Virus record (IMG/VR): IMGVR_UViG_3300027704_000023 | Strand: one strand, 5' to 3' | From: an uncultured virus (IMG/VR IMGVR_UViG_3300027704_000023) | Lineage: Duplodnaviria > Heunggongvirae > Uroviricota > Caudoviricetes > Crassvirales | Length of the DNA: 64,000 bases | Part shown: piece after piece, positions 6,786 through 16,167 of the stretch | How positions within the stretch are numbered: the first letter of the stretch is position 1 | How the letters are laid out: each line of letters opens with the position of its first letter | The notes under the pieces: generated by a model | Told to the model about the DNA's origin: nothing | The model's input: only the letters and a program-made list of their open reading frames with translations | Database searches by the model: none | Program-made: the position numbers and the translations under genes

Positions 6786-9700
6786 ATGCCTAGAGTACGT
6801 AAATATCATAATGGGGGGAAAGGACCTGGACACCCACATTCTAAAGCTCAAACACCATCAGATTCGAAGGAGTTTATAGAAGAGTACTTTAAATCTTTAA
6901 AGATAGATCAAAACAGCGATTATCCAGGATCATATTCCGATACACAACGAGAATATCTCACAGGGTATAAGGGTTCTGACTGGAGTACTATGTATGGGGA
7001 AAAAAACCTTTCTGCTCAAGAGTCTAGGGAAATGATAGAGTCTTTGGTGGACTATATAAAAAATAGATCGGTAAGTCGTAATGTAAAATCTAGAAAAGTT
7101 GCGCTAGACCACTATAATTACTTATTGAGTTTAAGTGATGAGGACCTACCTAAGAGTTACCGAAGTGGCGCTGAACTAGCACCAGCTTTTTTTGATACAT
7201 CAATGATGGATAAAGTGCCTTTATTGGGGCCTCCTAAAAACAATCAACCTTTAAAGCAGTTGATGAAGAGTAATGCATCTGTACCTACGTCTAAACGCAA
7301 TACAGAGCTTATGTACAAGCTTAACGCTAATATGCGTACTGGGCAAGAACCTGACAAGTATAAAGTTTGGGATGAGAAAGGTAAGAAGTGGAGTATGAGG
7401 GATGTGGAGCCTGAGGAGTTAGAGTACTATAGAAATAAAAATAAGATTCAAGAGAGGCAAAACATAAAGGCTTCTTTTAACCATGGGGGTAGAGTAAGAA
7501 AATATCAAGACGGTGGTGATGTAAATGACTTGCTTAAGATGCTAAATGCATTTGGAAGTGCAGATCCTAAGGATAAAGAGGTGTTATCTAGCTTAGTATC
7601 TGAGAGTACTCAACCATCAGGATACACTGCACCAGTCCTACCTGAAGAGAAGAAAATAGACTTAATACCTAAGCCTAATTACGGGTTTGACAGAGAATTA
7701 AGTGGATCAGAAAGGGCTTCTATGGAGATGTATGGCTTTCCAGGCGGCGGATCTAATGTTACAAGTGATTGGAGAACAACTCTAGCCTCTCTTGTACCTG
7801 CCGTTGCAGCTGCACCTGGTGGATTAGGGTTAATAGGGAGCGGATTTAATACTTTATATACCCCTATGACTTGGGCTATACCAGGTTTAAAAGGCTTAAC
7901 GGGGCATCATGTCTTGAGTGCTATGGGGCTTAATCATATGATTACAGAGACGCCAGAAGCTATAGGGGAGTTTATAGAGAACCCTTCTCCTGGTCAAGCC
8001 CTTCATGTAACATGGGATGCATTAATGGGTGTTCCAGCTATAAGTATGCTTAGAAAAGGTATCCCAGCTTCAATAAAAGCCTTTCAAGAAGCTAAAACAT
8101 TAGCTAGATTTAAAAGAGGGGCGGCTGGAGAGGGTACTTTCCTATGGGATGATACGGCAAAGGACTGGAGAAAGATGACTCAGGCAGAACAAGAGTGGTT
8201 TAATCTTGCTGAAGAGGCAAACCCTAAGCTTATATCGTCTATTACTGAACCAGCAGCTTCTCAGGACCCTTTACAACAACTAGCTGGCAAAAAACCTAAA
8301 GTAAAAAATAAGAAATACGAACCTGTGAATGCGTACGAGGAGAGTAATGTGGCTCAAACCACATCTACTTCATCAATCCCTTTTAGTAAAGAAGTATCTC
8401 AACTCTATGGTGGTTCTGATAAAACGGGCATGAAGACGCTAAATAAACAGATTGATTTTATTAAAAACAACATTGTAAGTTTAGAGAAAGGAATAAGCGA
8501 AGCTCATTATGACACCTGGGGTGATCGAGCAGCAGATATTAATAACTATACCTCCCAATTAAACAATTTTAAAAATGCTCTAAAAAGAGCTAAAGATATA
8601 CAAAGCGAACTCGGTTTTGGTGTCGATAATACTGGTGTATACCAATACCCATCGTTTATGACGGGTAGTAAGATAGAGAAGCAGGTTTCACCTAAAGACG
8701 GGACTATAGCTAGATCTGCATTAGAACAGTTAGTAAAGAATAAAAACACTAGAACTAGTGAAGCTACAGCTGTTAAAGATGTTTTAGGTGAATTTGAAGG
8801 CAAGAGGATCCCGTATGAAAATTTTAAACAGTCTTTAGCTTTAGATATACGTTCTGCTGATATTATACCTACAAATGTATATTCTAATGTAGGGATCCCA
8901 GAGTTGTCAGAGTATAGAAAGTGGAAGTATAATATAACCACAAAAACTAATCTTTATAAAGATGCTTCTTTAGGGTTAACAAAAGAAGGGGAGAGTCACT
9001 TCCCAGATACTCCTCATAGCTTCTGGATAAGAAGTTTCCCTTATGAAAACTCATTAAGAATCCTAGAGTGGCAAACGGATGTAGGGAAGTTAAAAATTCC
9101 TTCAAATGTCCTTCCAGGATCTAAAGAGGCTGCAGATTATTATCCTGAGCAAATAAGTGGGAGTGTCTTTGATGGGGATCCAGATGTAATGCTTAGTGTA
9201 GATAAGCAGATTAAAATATTTAAACATCAAATAAAAAACCTAAAGAGAGATTATAAAGGAAACGAATTAGGTTATGAAGATACTTTAGCAAAAATGGAGA
9301 AAGGTTTAAAAATAGCATTAGACCATCGAAAGCAAGCTATGAAAACACCTAGTTTTAAGGAGGTAGAAGCCGCTGCAGAAGGCCTCTCACTTAAGTTTTT
9401 AAACGAGTCTCTTTTAGATGCTGCGAGACAAGGTAAGAAGTATTTAGACGTACCTACAGCGGAAACGGTATTTACTATTGAGGGGTGGACAAAACCTAAT
9501 GATGTTAAGTTAGATCCTTTATATGAGGAACAATCTGACATAGTTAAGCTTTATGATACTAATTTCCCACGTATAAGTTCATATTCGCTTGATGGGACAA
9601 ACGAAAGAATTCAAGCTATTAATAACGTCGAGTCCAGAGTTGGTGTAGAGGCGTTAATAAAAAATACAATTAAAGAAAAAGAGGTAATTTACGATCTATT

Positions 9701-10850
9701 AATTAATAGTATTGAAAAGAACAACCCCGTTGCTATAGGTGTGTTTTATAAATTAAATAAAGGTGCGGATTTTGAGGATATGTACTTAGACCTTAAACAG
9801 GCAATGGCAGTAGAATACGATAGTGGTATAAAACCGTTGACTTTTTCAAAAAAAGTAAATGATCTAAAAAAGAACTACTTAATTGAGATTAAAAAGATTA
9901 AATCTTTAGATGCTAAAAAAGCACAAGAGAATATAATAAAGTATAAAGCAAGTCAAAAGAAAATAGATAATATAAAATCTCGCCCTTTTGATATTAAAGA
10001 TATAGGTGGGGAGAACCCTACAGACGAACAGAAAAAGAAGATGGCAGAGTTCTATTCTTTAACCGAAGACTACAGAAATACCCCTAAATTATTTAAAAGC
10101 ACATTTGGTACAGATGCTATTCCCTTTACGGATGAGTTTGGTAATACATACAACCGTGTCGTAGTCCCAGAAAAGTTCTTCCAAACAGACCCATCTAAAC
10201 CTTTAGAGATTAAGACATATAAAAAAGGGGGGTTATTAAATAAGCTTGTAAAAAAATATCAAGACGGTGGGGGTATTTTTAAAAAACTAAGACAAAGAAG
10301 GGCTGATCGTAGAATAGAGAAAACACCTGTTAGAGATGCTAGTAGCCAGGAGGTATTAGAAATGCTTGCTAGTTACGGGGCTGACAGCCCTATGATGCAA
10401 GGGGAGTACGATCCTAGAGAGAAAGAGATCGTTATGTATAAGGATGATCCAGATACACTTAAGCACGAACAGGTACATGCAACACAATATGGTCCTTTAC
10501 AACGCTTAGCTAAAAGAATGAATGATGAAAGGAGCGCTAGGATACAAGACCCATCAAAGAGAAAAGCATATAGAGAGCTTACTAGCGGGAGAAATATGGT
10601 TGACGATAGATCGTTCAATCCTGCTGGTCAGTATGTTTTAGGTAAAGGGGAAGAGTTTGAGGCGGTATTAGACACAGGTGTAAATGCAGCAAAAGAAAAA
10701 GGAGTTAACTTTAACGCTTCGTTTGAGGAAATACTTTCTCAATTGAAAAATATACCTTCCCCTACTAATAATATGAGAGGTTTAATGAAGTTTATGAGTA
10801 ATAAGTTTACTAAAGAACAAAGGGATTTAATCCTTAAGTCTATAAGATGA
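6786..10850 (+). CDS. Large polyvalent protein, probably virion cargo, with C-terminal HExxH metallopeptidase-like domain
   Basis: LKHEQVHATQY with downstream Glu; SHF...WIR...LEWQTD domain; hydrophobic Gly/Ala segment; repeated K-Y-x-x-G-G motifs. Confidence 0.7.
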   Translation: MPRVRKYHNGGKGPGHPHSKAQTPSDSKEFIEEYFKSLKIDQNSDYPGSYSDTQREYLTGYKGSDWSTMYGEKNLSAQESREMIESLVDYIKNRSVSRNVKSRKVALDHYNYLLSLSDEDLPKSYRSGAELAPAFFDTSMMDKVPLLGPPKNNQPLKQLMKSNASVPTSKRNTELMYKLNANMRTGQEPDKYKVWDEKGKKWSMRDVEPEELEYYRNKNKIQERQNIKASFNHGGRVRKYQDGGDVNDLLKMLNAFGSADPKDKEVLSSLVSESTQPSGYTAPVLPEEKKIDLIPKPNYGFDRELSGSERASMEMYGFPGGGSNVTSDWRTTLASLVPAVAAAPGGLGLIGSGFNTLYTPMTWAIPGLKGLTGHHVLSAMGLNHMITETPEAIGEFIENPSPGQALHVTWDALMGVPAISMLRKGIPASIKAFQEAKTLARFKRGAAGEGTFLWDDTAKDWRKMTQAEQEWFNLAEEANPKLISSITEPAASQDPLQQLAGKKPKVKNKKYEPVNAYEESNVAQTTSTSSIPFSKEVSQLYGGSDKTGMKTLNKQIDFIKNNIVSLEKGISEAHYDTWGDRAADINNYTSQLNNFKNALKRAKDIQSELGFGVDNTGVYQYPSFMTGSKIEKQVSPKDGTIARSALEQLVKNKNTRTSEATAVKDVLGEFEGKRIPYENFKQSLALDIRSADIIPTNVYSNVGIPELSEYRKWKYNITTKTNLYKDASLGLTKEGESHFPDTPHSFWIRSFPYENSLRILEWQTDVGKLKIPSNVLPGSKEAADYYPEQISGSVFDGDPDVMLSVDKQIKIFKHQIKNLKRDYKGNELGYEDTLAKMEKGLKIALDHRKQAMKTPSFKEVEAAAEGLSLKFLNESLLDAARQGKKYLDVPTAETVFTIEGWTKPNDVKLDPLYEEQSDIVKLYDTNFPRISSYSLDGTNERIQAINNVESRVGVEALIKNTIKEKEVIYDLLINSIEKNNPVAIGVFYKLNKGADFEDMYLDLKQAMAVEYDSGIKPLTFSKKVNDLKKNYLIEIKKIKSLDAKKAQENIIKYKASQKKIDNIKSRPFDIKDIGGENPTDEQKKKMAEFYSLTEDYRNTPKLFKSTFGTDAIPFTDEFGNTYNRVVVPEKFFQTDPSKPLEIKTYKKGGLLNKLVKKYQDGGGIFKKLRQRRADRRIEKTPVRDASSQEVLEMLASYGADSPMMQGEYDPREKEIVMYKDDPDTLKHEQVHATQYGPLQRLAKRMNDERSARIQDPSKRKAYRELTSGRNMVDDRSFNPAGQYVLGKGEEFEAVLDTGVNAAKEKGVNFNASFEEILSQLKNIPSPTNNMRGLMKFMSNKFTKEQRDLILKSIR

Positions 10851-10876
10851 ATATAAATAGAAGAACTATTCCAGGT

Positions 10877-11485
10877 ATGAGGGTGAGGAAGTTCCATAAC
10901 GGAGGGAAAGGTCCTGGACATCCTCATGGAGATCTTAACACAGCTAAATTAGACAGCATATTATCCTCTAGTGTAGATTCTCCTATTTTTGAATTCTCTG
11001 AATTTAGGGATTTAGTAGGTACTCATGAAGGTGGTATTGGGGCTTATTCCGCTAGTCAAATAGGAGGAGGTCCAGGAAAAGGGAGATATCAATTTGACGA
11101 AGAATCAGCTAAAACAGCTTATAATAGATTAAAAACTATAGCTACCGATAGAGGCTACAGTATTCCTGAACTAACTAACGAGGATTTTAAGAACATGGAT
11201 AAGGTTTCCCCAGAGATACAAGATCTTCTGTTTACGGCTAATATTGCAAAATCTCCAAGTACTTCCATAGCTACTATATTGACTGATAAGTCTCAGTGGG
11301 ATAATCAATGGCTTGACGGTCATTGGAGGGGGAAGGATGAGGATAAAGAGACGAGACGAGCGTCCTTTAAGCACACTCAAGAAAATATGCCAGACCCTGA
11401 ACCTAAAGATAAACCTTCGAATTCGTTTTTCCTACCTATGTTTCCAGATGAAAACACCATGCAATTTATCCATAAAGACTTTTAA
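10877..11485 (+). CDS. Putative virion-associated lysozyme-like hydrolase (start revised to MRVRKFHNGG)
   Basis: THEGG...YSA...GKGRYQF lysozyme-like pattern; N-terminus matches that of 6786. Confidence 0.55.
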   Translation: MRVRKFHNGGKGPGHPHGDLNTAKLDSILSSSVDSPIFEFSEFRDLVGTHEGGIGAYSASQIGGGPGKGRYQFDEESAKTAYNRLKTIATDRGYSIPELTNEDFKNMDKVSPEIQDLLFTANIAKSPSTSIATILTDKSQWDNQWLDGHWRGKDEDKETRRASFKHTQENMPDPEPKDKPSNSFFLPMFPDENTMQFIHKDF

Positions 11486-11489
11486 CTAA

Positions 11490-11642
11490 ATGAATAACAA
11501 AACTAACAACCCTAACGAAGAGTTCGATCAACCTTCTTTCCTTAACCCAGAAAAGTTAAAAAAACAAGAGGATAAAATAAAGTCTGGAGAGACAACTTGC
11601 AATATAGAGTCTCCGCATGAGTGCGAAGGGTGTGGTTCATAA
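11490..11642 (+). CDS. Small protein (50 aa) ending CNIESPHECEGCGS
   Basis: Read by hand; fills the intergenic gap. Confidence 0.65.
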   Translation: MNNKTNNPNEEFDQPSFLNPEKLKKQEDKIKSGETTCNIESPHECEGCGS

Positions 11643-11647
11643 TACCT

Positions 11648-11655
11648 TATATTTG
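11648..11655 (+). promoter_or_regulatory. -7 element TATATTTG
   Basis: Exact consensus, intergenic. Confidence 0.65.
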
Positions 11656-11671
11656 TAAAAAATAAAAAGTT

Positions 11672-11947
11672 ATGCAGATTAAAAAATACAACATGGGTGG
11701 TCAATCACCAAAATATTTAGTTGGAGGCCAAGTGCCACAATACAACATGGGTGGTCAAATGCAAGGTCAAATGCAAAGAGAATCTCAAGGAGGATCATCA
11801 CCAGAAGTGAGTATGTTGTTGGAGATGTTAGATTCGTTTGGTATTCCAGATGAAGTAACTGTTGGGGAGATTAAAGAGAAAATGCTAAACAATAGCGGGG
11901 AAAGTGTTGGTATGAATATACCTCCTTCTCCTATGCAGATGCAATAA
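11672..11947 (+). CDS. Hypothetical protein with three Y-x-x-G-G repeats
   Basis: KKYNMGG, KYLVGG, QYNMGG. Confidence 0.75.
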   Translation: MQIKKYNMGGQSPKYLVGGQVPQYNMGGQMQGQMQRESQGGSSPEVSMLLEMLDSFGIPDEVTVGEIKEKMLNNSGESVGMNIPPSPMQMQ

Positions 11948-11950
11948 TAC

Positions 11951-12412
11951 ATGGCTACTTTAAACGTCACTATAACTGAAGAGTTAACACTCAATGGTGC
12001 TGACAGGGGTTCTACAAACACTCTTGCTGTATCTTCTGTTACTCAAGTTTATCATAGGATAGTTACTTGTCCAGCGTCCTCAGATACTACTATAGCTACA
12101 TTCCAGACTTTAACAAGCACTACCGATAACGCTTTAGATTTAGAAGATGCAAAGTATTTAAGAGTAACAAATCTTGGTGCCCAACCAGTAAACCTTTCCT
12201 TACAAGTTTCAGGGGGTGAAAATGGAACGGAAAATATGTCTGCTACTATATTGTTAGCTGCGGGAACATCTTACATCATGGGCGCTGTTCATGACGGTAT
12301 ATCTGTATCTGATGCAAACGCTGATATTGTTACAGCTTTAACTGATTTAGAAAGTATACTTGTAGACCCAGGAACTAATGCCGTTACAATGGAGATTTTT
12401 ATAGCTTCATAA
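11951..12412 (+). CDS. Putative virion structural beta-sandwich protein
   Basis: Thr/Ala/Ser-rich; YLRVTN motif distantly like the 24141-26153 family. Confidence 0.65.
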   Translation: MATLNVTITEELTLNGADRGSTNTLAVSSVTQVYHRIVTCPASSDTTIATFQTLTSTTDNALDLEDAKYLRVTNLGAQPVNLSLQVSGGENGTENMSATILLAAGTSYIMGAVHDGISVSDANADIVTALTDLESILVDPGTNAVTMEIFIAS

Positions 12413-12687
12413 TGAAACCTATAAAAAGATATGAGCATGGTGGTATGCACTGGGATATTCCAGAAGAGCAAACTAGAAGGGAAAAAAGAAAACAAGAAAA
12501 AGAAGATGAAGAAGGTATGATCCCTGCTAGGTTCAGGAATCGCGGACAAGCTGGATTAGACGCATATATACTTATGATGAGGAGTAAAAAACAAAAAGGC
12601 AAAAGAAATAAAGTAAAAATAAAAAAAGGTTTTCAGCAGAAACAAGAAGGACATTGTGAAGGCGGGAGCTGTGGACAATTTGGTTGA
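12412..12687 (+). CDS. Basic hypothetical protein with KRYEHGG tag
   Basis: ORF with TAATG coupling. Confidence 0.7.
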   Translation: MKPIKRYEHGGMHWDIPEEQTRREKRKQEKEDEEGMIPARFRNRGQAGLDAYILMMRSKKQKGKRNKVKIKKGFQQKQEGHCEGGSCGQFG

Positions 12688-12772
12688 TTGAAAAAGTTCT
12701 ATTTCAACCCTGTACGTAAAAGAAGAGACGCTGCAAAAGAAGCCGAGAAAACTAGACTAAATAAAATTAAAA

Positions 12773-13264
12773 ATGAGACTAGAAGTAATAAGGTTCAACA
12801 AAGGAAAGGACTCGACTAACGGAATACTATTTGACGTAACAAATGAAAGAAAATTTTTATGTTATACTCTCGAAGATGAGAGCCGCACCAAAAAGGTTTA
12901 TAAAGAAACTTGTATACCTGAAGGAGAGTATTGTCTCGGTTTTCGAACTGTGGGTGGTTTTGACGCCAAATACGCTCACAGGTTTGCTGACATACATGTT
13001 GGAATGCTTGAAATCCTTAACGTCCCTAATTTTACTCATATTCTTATTCATTGCGGTAATACTGATGAGGACACTGCAGGTTGTTTACTACTGGGTGATT
13101 CGCAAGAAAACAACAACGTAAAAAAAGACGGTTTTATTGGAAGTTCGACACGCGCATATTATAGAGTGTACCAAGAAATAGCAGAAGCCCTTTCAGAAGG
13201 AGATGTAATTATAACATACAGAGACTTTTCCAAAGCTCTAGTCTTAGACCCTTTATCTATTTAA
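12773..13264 (+). CDS. DUF5675 family protein (candidate cell-wall enzyme or endolysin)
   Basis: STNG.L, CYTLED, CIPEGEY, IHCGNTDEDTAGCLLLG motifs. Confidence 0.8.
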   Translation: MRLEVIRFNKGKDSTNGILFDVTNERKFLCYTLEDESRTKKVYKETCIPEGEYCLGFRTVGGFDAKYAHRFADIHVGMLEILNVPNFTHILIHCGNTDEDTAGCLLLGDSQENNNVKKDGFIGSSTRAYYRVYQEIAEALSEGDVIITYRDFSKALVLDPLSI

Positions 13265-13683
13265 TCTTCAAGATCCCTATAAACTCTTTGAACAAGTAGC
13301 CTAGCTTTCTGAGTTAAAGCATACCTTACTCGGTAATTAAACTTAGTCTCCTCTCTGAATAAGTGGTCTTCAAAACTCTGAGAAGGAGTTAGTTTATCAA
13401 AATGTTTATATAGATATCCTTTATTTACCAACGGATATATAAACCTGTTTTGAGTATTATTCTTGTTCATAAGAAGGCTTTTCGAAGCATATTTTATTGT
13501 AAAGAACTGAAGGTCATACCCCCACAGCAAAAACTCTACAGAAGCGAATTTTATGTCATATTCTTTATTAACAAAATGTTTTACAGTCTTTAGTTTCTTT
13601 AGATAATTTCTGCGAATATATTTCTTATCTTGCGGAGAGAACTCTCTAAACAGCCTTTTTTTAGGCACTTTACTTTTAGGCAT
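13261..13683 (-). CDS. Winged-helix (MarR-like) DNA-binding protein
   Basis: PLVNKGYL...RVRYALTQKARLL pattern. Confidence 0.6.
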   Translation of the reverse strand: MPKSKVPKKRLFREFSPQDKKYIRRNYLKKLKTVKHFVNKEYDIKFASVEFLLWGYDLQFFTIKYASKSLLMNKNNTQNRFIYPLVNKGYLYKHFDKLTPSQSFEDHLFREETKFNYRVRYALTQKARLLVQRVYRDLED

Positions 13684-13700
13684 TTAATCTATAGTATATT

Positions 13701-14033
13701 ATGAAAGATATAGCTTTTTTATTAGAGATACAAAAATTAGCCATAGAAATGGATAAAGTTGTAGACAAGTACAATATGAGAGATAGATTTATGTCTATAT
13801 TGGTTTCAGGCTTTATGGAGGAGGATGAATACGGGGATTTAAAAATGAATGCTATATACAGTTATCATTTAGATAGTTTTTTTGAGTTGACCGAAATGTT
13901 AGACTTTGTAAGTACTACATTTGTAGAAGAATTAGAAGACAAAGAAGATCAAGAAGATCAAGAAGATAATTTTGAAGGGTTTGAAGAAGATTTAGATAAT
14001 TTTTTAGACGACTTAGGAATAGAAACTGAATAA
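13701..14033 (+). CDS. Acidic hypothetical protein
   Basis: ORF with D/E-rich tail. Confidence 0.75.
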   Translation: MKDIAFLLEIQKLAIEMDKVVDKYNMRDRFMSILVSGFMEEDEYGDLKMNAIYSYHLDSFFELTEMLDFVSTTFVEELEDKEDQEDQEDNFEGFEEDLDNFLDDLGIETE

Positions 14034-14034
14034 A

Positions 14035-14274
14035 ATGGAAGGAATTATTAGAAAAATTGTAATAGGTAAAGACCCTAAAGACGGTATGGCTTATTATATT
14101 GGAATGAGAGCTGGTGCGGGTAAGGTTAGCACTATAGTTCAAGATGAAAGATACTTAGCTAAATACAGCAAAAATAGATATCTTGTATACATGAAAGACG
14201 AAGAAGGCCTTCAGACCTTATGGAAAGCTATAGACGGAATGCCGTGTATGTTAGAGTTTGACTGTAACTTTTAA
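14035..14274 (+). CDS. Hypothetical protein (79 aa)
   Basis: ORF in operon context. Confidence 0.8.
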   Translation: MEGIIRKIVIGKDPKDGMAYYIGMRAGAGKVSTIVQDERYLAKYSKNRYLVYMKDEEGLQTLWKAIDGMPCMLEFDCNF

Positions 14275-14277
14275 CAC

Positions 14278-14874
14278 ATGAAAACCTTTAATTTATTTGT
14301 TGTTAAGCTAGAGGATAGGCTTAAAGACACTATAACTTCTGATACAGGATTTGAGTTATATATAGACGCTAGGTTCGACGACTTTAAAAACAGGACAACA
14401 GAAGGCCCAGTAGTTTGTGTACCTTTTAAATACGAAACAGGTGTAGAAATAGGAGATACATTATACTTTCATCATCTAGTAGTTCTTGGTGGAGATAACA
14501 ACGGTCAGATATTCACAGAAGAGGACAACACGTATATAGTAAACTATGACCCAGTTCACGCAATTAGCAATCAAGCTATAGCATACAAGAGCAAAAAAGA
14601 CGGAAAGATACGTTGTCTTACGGGGTGGTGTTTACTGAAATCAGTTGAGCAAGAGGAGCTGACTCTTCAATCGGATATTATAGAAATAGTAGACCTGCAA
14701 GAAAAACTACCTACAAAAGCAGAGGTCGTATACACATGTTCAGAAGCTGACGAGATGGGTGTTCTCCCAGGAGATATTGTAGGGTTTAAGCAAAACAGAG
14801 ATTATCGTATAACTATAGACGGAACGGAATATTACCGAACCCGCGCAGAAGATTTAATGTATGTCGAAATATAA
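14278..14874 (+). CDS. groES: GroES-like co-chaperonin, apparently two GroES-like domains
   Basis: SDTGFELY...GPVV...VEIGDTLYF and GVLPGDIVGF...IDGTEYYRTRAEDL. Confidence 0.7.
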   Translation: MKTFNLFVVKLEDRLKDTITSDTGFELYIDARFDDFKNRTTEGPVVCVPFKYETGVEIGDTLYFHHLVVLGGDNNGQIFTEEDNTYIVNYDPVHAISNQAIAYKSKKDGKIRCLTGWCLLKSVEQEELTLQSDIIEIVDLQEKLPTKAEVVYTCSEADEMGVLPGDIVGFKQNRDYRITIDGTEYYRTRAEDLMYVEI

Positions 14875-15151
14875 ATTCACAACAGTCAGTGCTTCTAAAA
14901 GGCTTATGAAGAGCATGGAGACAGCTATAGATAATATGATCGAAGAGATTAAAAAACCTGTAGATCCTGAAATCAACGGTAGTGCTCGTAAAGCAGAGCT
15001 TCAGTCTATAAAACAAACTGCTACAGACTGCAAAGAGCTTATTGTTGAAAGACAAAGGTTAGCTCAAATGGTTAAAGACCTTGAAGTAAGCGGAGACATA
15101 AAAGACATAAAGGACTATTCAGGTGGGTTTGCTGAAAGATTCTCGAAATAA
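14861..15151 (+). CDS. Hypothetical helical protein, possible terminase small subunit
   Basis: Size and position upstream of TerL only. Confidence 0.4.
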   Translation: MSKYKFTTVSASKRLMKSMETAIDNMIEEIKKPVDPEINGSARKAELQSIKQTATDCKELIVERQRLAQMVKDLEVSGDIKDIKDYSGGFAERFSK

Positions 15152-15510
15152 TGGCTTATACAAACAAAGAAGATCAAGCGGCAGCTTCTAAACGTCACTA
15201 CGAAGAAAATAAAGAAAAGATAAAATCTAGGACCTTAAAAAGAAATAGAAGTCAAAATTATAAAAACAGGGGGTATGTCTCTTTTATAAAAGAACTTTAC
15301 GGATGTATAGATTGCGGAGAAGATAACCCCGTGGTATTAGATTTTGATCACGTAAGAGGAGAAAAGAAGAACAACATCTCAGACATGGTTAATCAATCAT
15401 ATTGTTTTGAAACTATACAAAAAGAAATTGATAAATGCGAAGTAAGGTGTTCCAATTGTCACAGAAAAGTAACTCATGAGAGGCGAGAAAATATTCGTAA
15501 CTTGCAATAG
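15151..15510 (+). CDS. HNH endonuclease
   Basis: CIDC...DFDH...CEVRCSNCHRKVTH. Confidence 0.85.
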   Translation: MAYTNKEDQAAASKRHYEENKEKIKSRTLKRNRSQNYKNRGYVSFIKELYGCIDCGEDNPVVLDFDHVRGEKKNNISDMVNQSYCFETIQKEIDKCEVRCSNCHRKVTHERRENIRNLQ

Positions 15511-15512
15511 TT

Positions 15513-15740
15513 ATGAAAGCTATAAAAAGAGATTATAAAAAAGAGTACGCTAAATACGGGTCTAAGCTTAAAGCTAAGAAATATCGTGCGAATTTAAATC
15601 AGATTAATAGAAAAAAAGGGACCTACGGAAACGGAGACGGATTAGACGAGGCTCATTTTGATAAAGGGGGCAAGACTAGACCTCAAGCTCAATCTATAAA
15701 CAGAGCTAACAATAGACCTAAAAAAAAGAATAGCGTATAA
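15513..15740 (+). CDS. Small basic HNH-like protein
   Basis: RDYKKEY...GDGLDEAH...SINRANN. Confidence 0.55.
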   Translation: MKAIKRDYKKEYAKYGSKLKAKKYRANLNQINRKKGTYGNGDGLDEAHFDKGGKTRPQAQSINRANNRPKKKNSV

Positions 15741-15764
15741 GCTATTAAATTAAATTTATATATA

Positions 15765-15974
15765 ATGAAATATTTACTTATCTTCATGGCGGCTATATTA
15801 TTAGCGTCATGTTCTGTGCAAAATAAACATAGACGATCTCAAGCACGTAAGTACAACCAATGTTGGTGTATAGATCCGTGGGGAGGTGCAGGGGAGTGGT
15901 GTTGTGATGGCCCAGCTCCAAAATACATGTCTCCGTATAAACATAGTAAAGGTTACGTTAAAGCAAAATTTTAA
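15765..15974 (+). CDS. Putative lipoprotein with Cys-rich C-terminus
   Basis: Signal peptide with lipobox LLAS-C. Confidence 0.65.
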   Translation: MKYLLIFMAAILLASCSVQNKHRRSQARKYNQCWCIDPWGGAGEWCCDGPAPKYMSPYKHSKGYVKAKF

Positions 15975-15978
15975 TAAA

Positions 15979-16167
15979 ATGGCAGATTACAAATGTGAAT
16001 GCAACGAAAACGTTGTAAGCAAATCAGGCGTTACAATAAGATACGTTGAGGGCAAGGGAGCTATAAACGATATCGAATGTGAAAAATGTGGAGAGTATCT
16101 AGAGCTGGCAAACCCTAAGTCAGGTGCACCTAGCTTTAGATCTAATAGATTTGGACAGACATTTTAA
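15979..16167 (+). CDS. FmdB-like zinc-ribbon protein (start revised to MADYKC)
   Basis: YKCEC...CEKCG. Confidence 0.6.
   Translation: MADYKCECNENVVSKSGVTIRYVEGKGAINDIECEKCGEYLELANPKSGAPSFRSNRFGQTF

Noticed and set aside
13935..13967. Short tandem repeat (GAAGATCAA)n
   Set aside because: Simply encodes an acidic EDQ low-complexity tail
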